In this document: positions 29,463 through 38,545 of the stretch, in pieces | Position numbering within the stretch: position 1 is the first letter of the stretch | Layout of the letters: every line of letters starts with the position of its first letter | Assembly (NCBI GenBank): GCA_963692865.2 | Contig: OY843592.1 | Coordinates: 1,792,001-1,856,000 of the forward strand | Direction of reading: 5' to 3' | DNA: 64,000 bases | Source of the DNA: a bacterium | Lineage (GTDB): Bacteria > UBA8248 | Notes under the pieces: generated by a model | The model's input: only the letters and a program-made list of their open reading frames with translations | Told to the model about the DNA's origin: nothing | The model's database searches: none | Translations under genes and position numbers: made by a program

Positions 29463-31103
29463 ATGCAAAACCTCTCCTGCGACGTTTTGATCCTCGGCGG
29501 CGGCCCCGCCGCCATGACGGCCGCCGTCGCCGCCATGGAGAGCGGCGCGGACGCGCTTCTGGTCTGCAAGCAGTCCCCTGGGAACTCGGGCAACATCGTC
29601 ATGGCCCGGGCGGGGCATTCGGCGAATTTCGCGCCCGACGACAGCGCGGCGCTGTTCCTGGAGGACACCCTGGTGGGCGGCGCGTACTTGAACCACCCCG
29701 ACGTCGCCCGCGCCATGTGCGCGGATTCCGCCGCGCGGATTCGGGACCTCTACGACTGGGGCATCCCGTTCATCACGCGCGAGGACGGCTCGTTCGACTT
29801 ACACCCCCAGGGCGGCCACGCGCGGGACCGCGGGGTCTACCCGGTCCGGAACTGGGGCGTGGAGGTGGCGAGGCCGCTGCGCAAAAAGCTCGACGCCGAC
29901 GGCGCCCGCATCCTCGAGAACGTCATGGCCGTCGATCTGCTCGTGGAGGACGGCGTCTGCCGGGGCGCGGTCGGCTTCCACACGAGGAGCGGGGAGATTT
30001 ACGCCGTATCCGCCCCCGCCACCATCCTGGCCACGGGCGGGGCGGGGCAGATATACGCCGAGAACACGAACGCGGGCGGCATCACGGGAGACGCCTTCGG
30101 CATGGCGCTCAGGGCCGGCCTGGCGCTCTCGGACATGGAGTTCGTCCAGTTCTACCCGGCCGTCATCAAGCGCCCGGAGAGCAACATGGTCGTCGCGCCG
30201 ACGCTGTTCCCGCTCGGGGCGCGCTTCCTGAACCGCGACGGCGAGGACGTCCTGCGCGGCGTGCCCGGCGGCGGCGCGGCCACGCGGGACCTGATGGCGC
30301 GGGCGGTATATCTCGAACTCATGCGCGGCGGCGGGGTGGACGGCGCCGTGCGGATGGATTTATCGGGCATCCCGATGGCCGATCTGGAGCATTTCGCGCC
30401 CGACAACCTCAAACTCTTCGCCAGAAGGGGCGTTTCGCCCCACGGGAGCGATATCTACGTCGCGCCGAAGGCGCACTTCTTCATGGGCGGGGTTCCCATC
30501 GACGGGGCGGGCGCGACGGCCATGCCGGGCCTCTACGCGGCGGGGGAGGCGAGCGCGGGCGCGCACGGGGCGAACCGCCTCTCGAACAACGCCTTCACCG
30601 AGGCGCACGCGCTGGGCCGGCGGGCGGCGGAGGCGGCGAGCGAATGCGCGAGGAGCGCCGGCGGCGCGGCGGCGGGTCCCGCCCTCGCGCGGCGTCACGC
30701 GGACGCCCTCGCGGCGCGGGCGGGCCGGACGGGCCGCGCCGTGGAGGCGGCCCGCGGGATCAAGCGCATCTGCTGGGAGAACGCGGGCGTCGTGCGCGAA
30801 GAAGCCTTGCTGGAGGAGGCGAGGGGCGAACTCGCCGAGGTCGGGCGGGATCTCGCCGCCTGCGGGGGGAGCGAACCCGCGCGGCTGGTGGAGGCCGTGG
30901 AGGCCGAGAACATGTGCCTGAGCGCGCGGGCGGTGGTGGAGGCCGCGCTGGCGCGGACGGAGAGCCGCGGCGCGCATTTTCGGACCGATTTTCCCGAGAC
31001 CGACGAGGCGCGCTGGCGGGTGAACGTTTTCGTCAAAAAAGAGGCGGACGCCTTTTCGGCGCGATCCCGCCCAATAGGCTCCATTTTGTGGGAAAACGAC
31101 TGA
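29463..31103 (+). CDS. SdhA/FrdA/NadB-family flavoprotein
   Basis: 'ILGGGPAA', 'LATGGAG', 'DMEFVQFYP', 'HFFMGG', 'HGANRL', 'ESRGAHFRTDFP'. Confidence 0.85.
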   Translation: MQNLSCDVLILGGGPAAMTAAVAAMESGADALLVCKQSPGNSGNIVMARAGHSANFAPDDSAALFLEDTLVGGAYLNHPDVARAMCADSAARIRDLYDWGIPFITREDGSFDLHPQGGHARDRGVYPVRNWGVEVARPLRKKLDADGARILENVMAVDLLVEDGVCRGAVGFHTRSGEIYAVSAPATILATGGAGQIYAENTNAGGITGDAFGMALRAGLALSDMEFVQFYPAVIKRPESNMVVAPTLFPLGARFLNRDGEDVLRGVPGGGAATRDLMARAVYLELMRGGGVDGAVRMDLSGIPMADLEHFAPDNLKLFARRGVSPHGSDIYVAPKAHFFMGGVPIDGAGATAMPGLYAAGEASAGAHGANRLSNNAFTEAHALGRRAAEAASECARSAGGAAAGPALARRHADALAARAGRTGRAVEAARGIKRICWENAGVVREEALLEEARGELAEVGRDLAACGGSEPARLVEAVEAENMCLSARAVVEAALARTESRGAHFRTDFPETDEARWRVNVFVKKEADAFSARSRPIGSILWEND

Positions 31104-31356
31104 ACGCATTTATTTTCAGTTACTTGGCCTTGAGAAATTTATTTTTATTTATCCAATTTTATCCGAATTTATCTTATTTTACGGAAATTCGCCCGTTTTT
31201 CGGAAACGGACGGCCCACGGTATCGCGGAGCGATCCTGCCACGCGCCGGAACCCCCGCCATGACGCGAAATGCGGGGAAATGCGCGGCGGGACGGGCGCG
31301 GAGGCCCGAGCAGGCCAGGGGCCCGTCCGGCTGCGCATGCCGTTTGGTTGTTCCGA

Positions 31357-31478
31357 TTGCAGGGGCCGCATGGTATGCGGCCCCTGCGACCCCTGCAAAG
31401 AAGCGCCCGTTTCTCCGCCGGGCAGGGCCGTTCGCGAATGGTGGGGCGGTCCCGAGGAGGGATTGCCCCTGCGAAACC
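31357..31478. repeat. ~110-bp composite repeat module; inverted copies at ~37193-37300 and ~38165-38250
   Basis: GCAGGGGCCGCAT..ATGCGGCCCCTGCGACCCCTGCAAAGAAGCGCCCGTTTCTCCGCCGGGCAGGGCCGTTCGCGAA; its reverse complement is present at the other two loci. Confidence 0.8.
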
Positions 31479-31577
31479 ATATTCCCTGGATCTCGGGATG
31501 AGGCGGGATTTCGCGGCAGGGAGGGGCCTCCGCGATTGCGTTCTCAGGGCCGCGTTCGACGCAGCTCTCGATGCGCT

Positions 31578-31724
31578 GAAGGCCGGGAAGCCGGAAAGTC
31601 CGTCGTTGCCGGAATGAAAGGCGGGGAAACGAATCAAATCAAGGCGAATGTCGTCAAAACGGCCGAGGAGGAAACCTTGCGGGGATTCATTCGGGAAAAC
31701 GCGGAACATGGCGCAAGGGTTTCA
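31578..31724 (+). pseudogene. IS1595-family transposase fragment
   Basis: 'GREAGKSVVAGMKGGETNQIKANVVKTAEEETLRGFIRENAEHGARV' resembles the IS1595 DDE segment that precedes the catalytic TD; truncated on both sides. Confidence 0.6.
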
Positions 31725-31776
31725 GGTGTCGCGCCTTTCAGGTCTTTTTGCGGATCAGGCATTCCGGGCCTTGGCG

Positions 31777-31974
31777 TCAATTCGACCTCTCGAGTATTTT
31801 CCCCAATGCCAAATTCGCTTTTTCAAGACCTTTGACGGATTCGCGCAGGGCGTTCAATATTTCCTCTCCCGCTTCCGCTCTTTTATTGTTCGCCTGCACC
31901 ATTTTCCAGATGCCGATACTGACGGCGACAGGCATCAAGAGCTGCCCTATCGGAATCGGATCGAATTTTATCAT
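31777..31974 (-). CDS. Small membrane-anchored coiled-coil protein (65 aa)
   Basis: Hydrophobic N-terminus then amphipathic helix; RBS-like GAAGG ~9 nt upstream; architecture resembles 37358..37930. Confidence 0.55.
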   Translation of the reverse strand: MIKFDPIPIGQLLMPVAVSIGIWKMVQANNKRAEAGEEILNALRESVKGLEKANLALGKILERSN

Positions 31975-32011
31975 TTGTATCGACCTTCTCTAATCGGGTA
32001 GGGCAAGTCAA

Positions 32012-32297
32012 GTTCCTCTCCCCTGGTTCTGTCAGACCTGTTCCGCCTTTGGCTGCAGATGACGCTCCATGGGGGTCTCGCTTCTCTTCGTGATCGACTC
32101 CCGAGCCGGGGGCCGTCAACAGGATGGGATCGGAGAACGAAGTGGAACAATCTTTCCTGCGCCCTCGCATCGTCACCGACGCAGCGGGGCTAGGCCGACA
32201 GCGTACTCACTTCGTCCCTCGTCCCCACGGGAGCATCCCCCGCCGAGGCGGAAGCTACAGGGTTTGTCTGTGGTCCTCCTTCTTCAGTGTCTCGACC
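32012..32297 (-). ncRNA. Bridge/seek RNA region of the IS1111-type element
   Basis: Located 3' of the transposase; two hairpins with internal-loop segments matching the donor junction (AGAGAAG; CCCATC) and, with mismatches, the target site. Confidence 0.7.
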
Positions 32298-33338
32298 TCA
32301 GGCAGCCGAAGCATCCGCGCCGTCGCGCTTCCAGCGGAACTCACTGCCATCCATCCACATGCGGTGCATGATGACGCCGAGCCGGCGGGCGAGCGCAACC
32401 TTCGCGCGCGACTTGCCGCGACGCTTCGCCACACCCATCGCCCAGGCTTTCAGCCATGACCACCGCGTCGTGCGCCCGAGCAAGACGTTGGCGGCTTCGT
32501 AGAGCGCCGCGCGCATCATCGCGTCGCCGCATTTGGAGATGCTTCCCGTGCGGTCGACCTCTCCGGATTGCCATTTGCGAGGCACAAGCCCGAAGTGCGC
32601 GCCCACCGAGCGCGAGCGCGCAAAACGCGATGGCACGTCGACGCTCGCCCGGAAGGTGAGCGCCGTCACCGGACCCACGCCGGGAACCGTCATCAGGCGC
32701 CGGCAGACCGGATCGGCTCGCGCCGCCTCCAGCATCATCCTGTGCAGCCGGACGTATTCCGCCAGCAGCGCAGAGCGAGCCCGCAGCATCGGCGCCACCA
32801 GGCGCGCCAACTCCGGGCGCTCCGCGACCAGACACCCTACACGCGCCTCCAAACCGCGACGGGTGACCTTGCCCATCTTCAGCCCGAAGTTGCGCAGCGT
32901 GCCCCGGATGTGGGCCTCGGCGTCGCACAACTGCTTCAGCATGAACCTGCGGTTGGCGAGGAGCATGCGTTTTTCCTGGCTCGACACCGTCTTCACGTGC
33001 ACCGGGCGAATCAGGTTCGCGCGAACCAACTGGGCGATGCCGCGCGCGTCGTCGCGGTCGCTCTTGTTCACCGTCGCCGAGAGCACCGCCTTCAGTTGCC
33101 GCGTCTCGGCGCAAACCACCGGGAACCCGGCCTCGGCCAGACCGTCATGGAGCCACTGTGACAGCGGCCCCGCCTCCAGGCAGATGCGCGTTACGCCGAA
33201 GGCCAGTCCGGTGAAGAACGCCACGAGGGCCGCGGGTTCGCTCGCGACCTTCGCCTCCCGGACGATCCCGCCCTCCGCGTCCACCACGCACACACTCGTC
33301 CACTCCAACGACACGTCGAGTCCTGCAAAGTAGTTCAT
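32298..33338 (-). CDS. IS110-family transposase (DEDD RuvC-like + Tnp domain)
   Basis: 'AGLDVS', 'CLEAG', 'KSDRDDA', 'TVPGVGP', 'GLVPRKWQSG', 'ISKCGD'; AGGAGG RBS. Confidence 0.95.
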   Translation of the reverse strand: MNYFAGLDVSLEWTSVCVVDAEGGIVREAKVASEPAALVAFFTGLAFGVTRICLEAGPLSQWLHDGLAEAGFPVVCAETRQLKAVLSATVNKSDRDDARGIAQLVRANLIRPVHVKTVSSQEKRMLLANRRFMLKQLCDAEAHIRGTLRNFGLKMGKVTRRGLEARVGCLVAERPELARLVAPMLRARSALLAEYVRLHRMMLEAARADPVCRRLMTVPGVGPVTALTFRASVDVPSRFARSRSVGAHFGLVPRKWQSGEVDRTGSISKCGDAMMRAALYEAANVLLGRTTRWSWLKAWAMGVAKRRGKSRAKVALARRLGVIMHRMWMDGSEFRWKRDGADASAA

Positions 33339-33483
33339 GACTGCTCCTCCTGCGGGCGCGTAGAGACCGGACCATCCCGGCCTCGCCTCGAATCATAAGG
33401 CAGAGGAACATCCGCCACACGCGGTAGTTCGCAGACCAACCCGATTACCCCATCTTCCCTTTCGGTTCTTTTTTCTCTCAAGA

Positions 33484-33512
33484 ATTGTTTCAATAATAAA
33501 ACGTTTTGTCAA
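33484..33512 (-). promoter_or_regulatory. sigma70-like promoter (TTGACA-N17-AACAAT, extended TG)
   Basis: Minus strand TTGACA aaacgttttattattga AACAAT just outside the IS left end, in an AT-rich patch. Confidence 0.6.
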
Positions 33513-33582
33513 TAAATCCGGCAATCCGGCGCCGCCGGCCATTCTTCATCATTCCCTTTTCAACAACCCCGGATGCGGCGGC

Positions 33583-35295
33583 CTACGCCCCCTCCGCGAT
33601 TGCGCTCGCGGCGTCGAGGCCGGCGACGACGCGGTTCTTCTCGCGCACGACCCGCGTGTATATGACTCTGCCCGCGTCGCTCCCGGGGCCGCGTTCCACG
33701 AGATTCTCGATGCACCGGAGGCCGGGAAGCCGGAACGCGCCGCTCGCCGGGTCGTGGTCGAACGGCCCCGCCAGCGTGTAGAGCGCGGGGTTCACCGCGT
33801 GGCTCATGTCGAGCAGCGCGCGGCCCGCGCGGGCGGCGTCGATGCCGGCGAGCCTCGCGTTCAGCGCCGCGCAGGCTTTGGCGAAGCGCGCCCCCGCCTC
33901 GCTGAGATCGCCCAGGTCCACCGCGTCGCCGCCCAGTGATTCGAGCCGCTCTATCTCCTCGTTCACGACGGCGGCGGTCGCGGCGTGGTTCAGGGGGATT
34001 CGCTCCAGGGCGCAAAGCTCGTGGAGCGCGCCCGCGTAGAGGCGGCAGTGTTCGGCGAGCAAGTCCTTGTCCATCTTGTCGAGCGTGTCGTCGGGGTGGT
34101 GCCAGTACTCGGGAAAGCCGCTCTCGGGGTGGTCCTTCCGGAGGTCGGGGTGGCCGGGCGGGAGGACGGGCAGGAAGGAGAACGAGGGAACCCCCACCCC
34201 CCACAGCGACTGGTCGGCCATCTTGCGGGGGTGGTCGGGCCGCGTATCCTGGCCGCCGATGCGCGCGACGGCGTCCCGCACCCAGTCGCGGACGTCCGCC
34301 GTGGAGAAGGGGCGGTAGAGCGTCGCGCCCTTACAGCCCGGCTGGTCGATGTTGAGATACGCCGCGCAGTTCCGGCGCAGTTCGCGGAAGGCGTGGTCCG
34401 CGTACCAGGTGGAGCCGGAGAAGCGCCCGTGCGAGTGGCCGTTCCACCAGGCGACCTTGAGGCCGCGCCTGAGTTCGCCCCGCATCTCGTGCGCGATCCG
34501 CGCGAGCTCCATGAGCGCCGCGTCGCCCGCCGCGTTGTCGTTGGCCCCGACGTGCCAGGAGTCGATGTGCCCGCCGGCGAGGACGTACTCCTCGCTGCCG
34601 CTGCCGGGCGCGATGCTCGCCACGGGCATGAGCGTCTCGCGCCAGGCGGTGTCCGTCTCGGCGAAGACGCGGAGATTCACCTCTTCTCTCCTTTTCAGGC
34701 GCTCCAGCAGCCCCGCGCCCTGTTCGCGCGACAAGGTGACGACGGGCGTCTTCGGCAGCCGCGCGATGCTTTCGGGCGTCGGCGCGCCCCAGATGGTGGA
34801 GACGGTGAGTTCGTGCGCGTTGCCTTTATTGACGTAGACCTGCGCGACCGCCCCGCGCCGCTCGAAGTGATGGAAGCGCCCGGGGCTCAGCATCCCCTCC
34901 GCCACGACGACGCGCCCCGCGACGGGGAGTTCCCCCGACGGCCCCGTATAGAAAGGATCGGTGAAGGGCGTATCGGGCGCGCCGGCCTCGCCTGTATAAA
35001 CGGCCTGGCCCCTCGCGCCGGCCTCCCCCGCGGAGGCGCCGAAGACGGCCGTGATGGCGGGAATGCGCTCCTCCTCCCCGCCCGCTCCCGTGACGACCAG
35101 CGCCGCCGCGCCGGGTATGCTGATGAGCGATTCGAACGCGTGGACTTCCACGTCGATCCCGAGCGCGGCGAGCTCCGCCTCGACGTAGCGCACGGCCTCG
35201 TTCTCGCCCTCAGAGCCGGTGTAGCGCTCCCACCGGTAGATGCCCTCCAAATTTCGCCACAGGGAATCGGCGTTCACTTTCTCGCGAGCGGACAT
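33583..35295 (-). CDS. M28-family peptidase with PA domain
   Basis: 'GHIDSW', 'GANDNAAG', 'YLNID', 'YWHHPDDT'. Confidence 0.82.
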   Translation of the reverse strand: MSAREKVNADSLWRNLEGIYRWERYTGSEGENEAVRYVEAELAALGIDVEVHAFESLISIPGAAALVVTGAGGEEERIPAITAVFGASAGEAGARGQAVYTGEAGAPDTPFTDPFYTGPSGELPVAGRVVVAEGMLSPGRFHHFERRGAVAQVYVNKGNAHELTVSTIWGAPTPESIARLPKTPVVTLSREQGAGLLERLKRREEVNLRVFAETDTAWRETLMPVASIAPGSGSEEYVLAGGHIDSWHVGANDNAAGDAALMELARIAHEMRGELRRGLKVAWWNGHSHGRFSGSTWYADHAFRELRRNCAAYLNIDQPGCKGATLYRPFSTADVRDWVRDAVARIGGQDTRPDHPRKMADQSLWGVGVPSFSFLPVLPPGHPDLRKDHPESGFPEYWHHPDDTLDKMDKDLLAEHCRLYAGALHELCALERIPLNHAATAAVVNEEIERLESLGGDAVDLGDLSEAGARFAKACAALNARLAGIDAARAGRALLDMSHAVNPALYTLAGPFDHDPASGAFRLPGLRCIENLVERGPGSDAGRVIYTRVVREKNRVVAGLDAASAIAEGA

Positions 35296-35319
35296 GGCGT
35301 CTCCATATAAAAAGGCGCG

Positions 35320-36060
35320 CGGCGCGCGCGGGGTATATTCACTCCCCTCTTGGGGGGTGTTGTTGAAAAACCTATCCCTCTCGCATCAACCACGTTTTAC
35401 CCGTAGGTCGGACATATATGTCCGACATAGTATGCGGCCCCTACAAAACCATCGCGCGGGCCGCAGGATCGTTGGAAAAGTCCTCCTCGCGCGGATTGAC
35501 CACCGCCGCGCGCGGCGTATGTTCACTCCCCCCTTGGGGGGGTAATCTCGTAACACGCGAGATATGCAATCACTCCCCCCTTGAGGGGGAGTAGCAGAAG
35601 CCGAGCGGTTTGTGCGAAGGCTGATGCGTGGGGGGACAAACGCGAGTGAGGAACGAGCGTTTGCATAAGCCATTGAGAAACACATCTGCTCGCAATTTCT
35701 CGCTCATCGCTCGAAATTGACCCCCCACCGGTTCGGTTTCGGGAAAAACCCCCTCACCTCACCGTCGGTCTTCCCCGAGGGAGACCGACCCTCAAGGGGG
35801 GAGTGGTTCTTCTTTCTCGTCTGTCGGTCACATTCGCCGAATCGCGAAATCAAGTTTCGAAAACCCCATTCTAGTACACCGTCGGCGGAAAACCGAGCGC
35901 GGCCGGGCGTTGCGGGCGGCGGCGCTTCGGGGGAGAATCACCGAAACGGATTCCCGTCCATCCGGGGCTGTTGAAAAACCCCTCGTCGGGGGCGTCGCCT
36001 TTACCCCCTTGTCGGGGGGGGGGGGGCTTTTTCAACAAAACCCATCCGGGGGAACGCTCA
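35320..36060. repeat. REP/MITE mosaic
   Basis: GTTGAAAAA module, GTAGGTCGGACATATATGTCCGAC, CACTCCCCCCTTGAGGGGG / CCCTCAAGGGGGGAGTG pair, ~35-bp imperfect direct repeat at ~35322/~35506, G13 run at 36014-36026. Confidence 0.75.
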
Positions 36061-36063
36061 CTC

Positions 36064-36471
36064 ATGTGGCGGAAGATATCCAGGCCGTTCTTCCTGACGC
36101 TCGGCTGCGTCTGTCTGGCCCTGGGCTTCATCGGCCTGCTGCTGCCCGTCCTGCCGACGACGCCCTTCATCCTGCTGGCGGCGTTCGCCTTCTCGAAGAG
36201 CTCGGAGCGGCTCCACGCCTGGCTGCTGAATCACAAACTCTACGGGCCGCTCATCACCAACTGGCAGCGCCACGGCGTCATCCGCCCCCGGGCGAAGTGG
36301 ACTTCGGTCTCGCTCATCGCCGTGCTCGCGGGGCCATCGATCTACCTCCTGAGCGCGCCGGCATACGCGAAGATTCTGCTCGCCGCCGTCTGCGCGTGCG
36401 TGGTCTGCTTCATCGTTACCAGGCCGGGGGCGATTCCGGGGGAGGGGGGAGATCCCCAAAATCGAACGTAG
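36064..36471 (+). CDS. YbaN/DUF454-family inner membrane protein
   Basis: 'LGFIGLLLPVLPTTPFILLAAFAFSKSSERLHAWLLNH..YGP'. Confidence 0.88.
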   Translation: MWRKISRPFFLTLGCVCLALGFIGLLLPVLPTTPFILLAAFAFSKSSERLHAWLLNHKLYGPLITNWQRHGVIRPRAKWTSVSLIAVLAGPSIYLLSAPAYAKILLAAVCACVVCFIVTRPGAIPGEGGDPQNRT

Positions 36472-36476
36472 GCGTC

Positions 36477-36720
36477 GTAGGGACAGGCCTCCGTGCCTGT
36501 CCTGCCCTCCGTGGTTGTCCTTTTTCGGACAGGCACGGAGGCCTGTCCCTACAGTCGTCATTCGGAGCGTAGGGGTCGCATAGTATGCGACCCGCATATC
36601 GAACGGGGAGGGCCGCATGATATGTCGGACATATATGTCCGACCTACACCGACACCCGAACGGCGCCTGTCCTGATTTCAACCATCCTGCAAAAGGACAA
36701 CCACGGAGGGTTGTCCCTAC
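36477..36720. repeat. REP doublets (REPIN-like)
   Basis: GTAGGGACAGGCCTCCGTGCCTGTCC...GGACAGGCACGGAGGCCTGTCCCTAC (36477-36552); GTAGGGGTCGCATAGTATGCGACCC; GTCGGACATATATGTCCGACCTAC. Confidence 0.82.
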
Positions 36721-36774
36721 ATTTCGTTTCGCATGAACCTGTCCAGCCACCCGCCCTATATAAAGGAGAAACCC

Positions 36775-37164
36775 ATGAACGAGGAACGCTACGAGCGCGG
36801 GCTCGCCGTCCGCAAATCACTCGGCATCTACGGGGAGGACGGCCTCGCGGGCGCGTTCACCGAGTTGAACGAACTCGCGCCGACGCACGCGCGCGCCATC
36901 GTGGAGTACGTCTTCGGCGAGTGCTGGAGCCAGCCCCTGCTCGACAACCGGACGCGCGAGATGATGATCGTCGCCGCCGCCGCCGCCCAGGACCTCACAG
37001 GCGAGGTGGAGATCCACTCACGCGGCCTGCTGAACCAGGGGCTGAGTCCCGAGGAACTCGTCGAGGGCGTCGTCTCGCTCTGCCCCTACATCGGCTTCCC
37101 GAAGACGAACCACGCTCTCGCCGCCGCCAAGCGCGCGATCGGGCAACACGCGGCGGGAGCGTAG
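36775..37164 (+). CDS. Carboxymuconolactone decarboxylase-family protein
   Basis: 'ERYERGLAVRK', 'YVFGECWSQPLLDNRTREM', 'PYIGFP'; AAAGGAG RBS. Confidence 0.85.
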   Translation: MNEERYERGLAVRKSLGIYGEDGLAGAFTELNELAPTHARAIVEYVFGECWSQPLLDNRTREMMIVAAAAAQDLTGEVEIHSRGLLNQGLSPEELVEGVVSLCPYIGFPKTNHALAAAKRAIGQHAAGA

Positions 37165-37357
37165 GCGGGCGGGCCGCGTCGTCATTCGAGGGGGTTCGTG
37201 GGGGCAATCCCTCCCCGGGACCGCCCCGCCGTTCGCGAACGGCCCTGCCCGGCGGAGAAACGGGCGCTCCCTTGCAGGGGTCGCAGGGGCCGCATGATAT
37301 GTCGGACGCATATGTCCGACCTGCGGGTGAGGCGATGGCTTTGTCGAGGGGTCGTCC

Positions 37358-37930
37358 CTACGGGTCCCGCGCGGGCGGCGCGGCGGTGCGGCGGATGAGC
37401 TCCCGGAGCGCCTCGCGCTGGGCGCTCTGCTCCTCGCGCTGGCTTTCCTGGGCCTTGCTCTGGGCGTTCAGCGCCGCCATGGTTGCTTCGTGGGCCGCCA
37501 TCGTTTCTTCGTGGGCCGCCATGGTTGCTTCGTGGGCCGCCATGGCTTCGCGGTGCCGTTCGCTCTGCTCCTCGCGCTCGGCTCTGAGCGCGGCCATGGT
37601 TTCTTCGTGGGCCGCCATGGTTTCTTCGTGCGCGGCCATGGTTTCCTCGTGGGCGGCCATGGCTTCGCGGTGTCGGCCCTCCATCGCCGCCATGGTTTTT
37701 TCATGGGCGGCCATGGTCTCGCGGTGCAGGTTGTCGCGGTGGATCGCGGCGCGGCGCATCATGTAGAGGCCGTAGGCGATCAGGGCGCATTGCGCGGCCC
37801 CGACCAGGGCGGCGACCCACACGGCGGCCCGCTGGACGGCGAGGGCGGCCTGCTGCGCCGCGAGAGCGGCTTCCTGCAGGGTGAGGCTTGACTGCTGCAC
37901 GGCGAGGCTTGCGGCTTCGTATTCCGTCAT
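37358..37930 (-). CDS. Membrane-anchored coiled-coil protein with ten H-x-x-x-M-A-A heptads (190 aa)
   Basis: AGGAGA RBS before ATG 37930; TM segment 'AVWVAALVGAAQCALIAYGLYMM'; 21-bp tandem repeats at ~37473-37726. Confidence 0.75.
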   Translation of the reverse strand: MTEYEAASLAVQQSSLTLQEAALAAQQAALAVQRAAVWVAALVGAAQCALIAYGLYMMRRAAIHRDNLHRETMAAHEKTMAAMEGRHREAMAAHEETMAAHEETMAAHEETMAALRAEREEQSERHREAMAAHEATMAAHEETMAAHEATMAALNAQSKAQESQREEQSAQREALRELIRRTAAPPARDP

Positions 37931-38059
37931 TTCGTTTTCTCCTGCTACGGCGCGCATCCTCGTGGAGTAGTTCCCCCAGTATCGCCCGCGGCGGGGGGCA
38001 AGTCAAAGGCGCGGGACGGCGGGGGGGCGCGTCCGCATCATCCGGGCGGCGTCGTTTCG

Positions 38060-38310
38060 TTCCCCCCTCAAGGGCCTGTTGAAAAACCCGTCCCTCTCGC
38101 GTCAACCACGTTCTGCCCGCGGGCCGGACGTGTATGTCCGGCCCGCAAAACCATCGCCTCACCCGCAGGGGCCGTTCGAGAACGGCCCTGCCCGGCGGAG
38201 AAACGGGCGCTTCTTTGCAGGGGTCGTAGGGGCCGCATACCATGCGGCCCGCGTCAGGCGGCGAAAAAGGCCGGGCCGCATGGTATGCGCGGGACAACCC
38301 CTCTTCGGGG
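38060..38310. repeat. REP/MITE mosaic
   Basis: CCCCCTCAAGGG, then GTTGAAAAACCCGTCCCTCTCGCGTCAACCACG module (also at ~35363 and ~43366), GTAGGGGCCGCATACCATGCGGCCC. Confidence 0.75.
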
Positions 38311-38545
38311 TCGTCCCGCTGCGCCTCCCGTGTTTGACTTCGCCAGCCTTGAGTTTCTCTCCTCCCCGCTCCGCAATCAAGCCTTGACAAAACCGCGGGG
38401 ATTCCCGCAAAGTGGGTCCGCGCGGCGCAATCGACGGGGTGAATGACCGGCGGACGCCGCCTCCGGCGAGGCGGCCTTTCCGCAAAAGGCCGGAACGGGC
38501 GGCAAATTCACCTTGACAAGACGCGGAAGATTGTAGGAATATCGT

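Larger units (their letters stand above)
31989..33457 (-). mobile_element. IS110-family element, IS1111 subgroup (~1.47 kb)
   Basis: Sub-terminal IRs TAATCGGGTAGG (31991-32002) / CCAACCCGATTA (33436-33447); CTTC core at both ends (31985-88, 33454-57); long non-coding region 3' of the transposase; TTGACT -35 near the right end. Confidence 0.88.

Noticed and set aside
27081-31501. Long alternative-frame ORFs (27081..29696 -, 29717..31501 +, and similar ones elsewhere)
   Set aside because: Shadow ORFs of GC-rich genes: Arg/Gly/Ala-rich, no motifs, overlapping well-supported CDSs.
36014-36026. G13 homopolymer upstream of the YbaN gene as a phase-variation tract
   Set aside because: It lies within a repeat-family hairpin (related sequence at ~47980-48011), not in a recognisable promoter or CDS.
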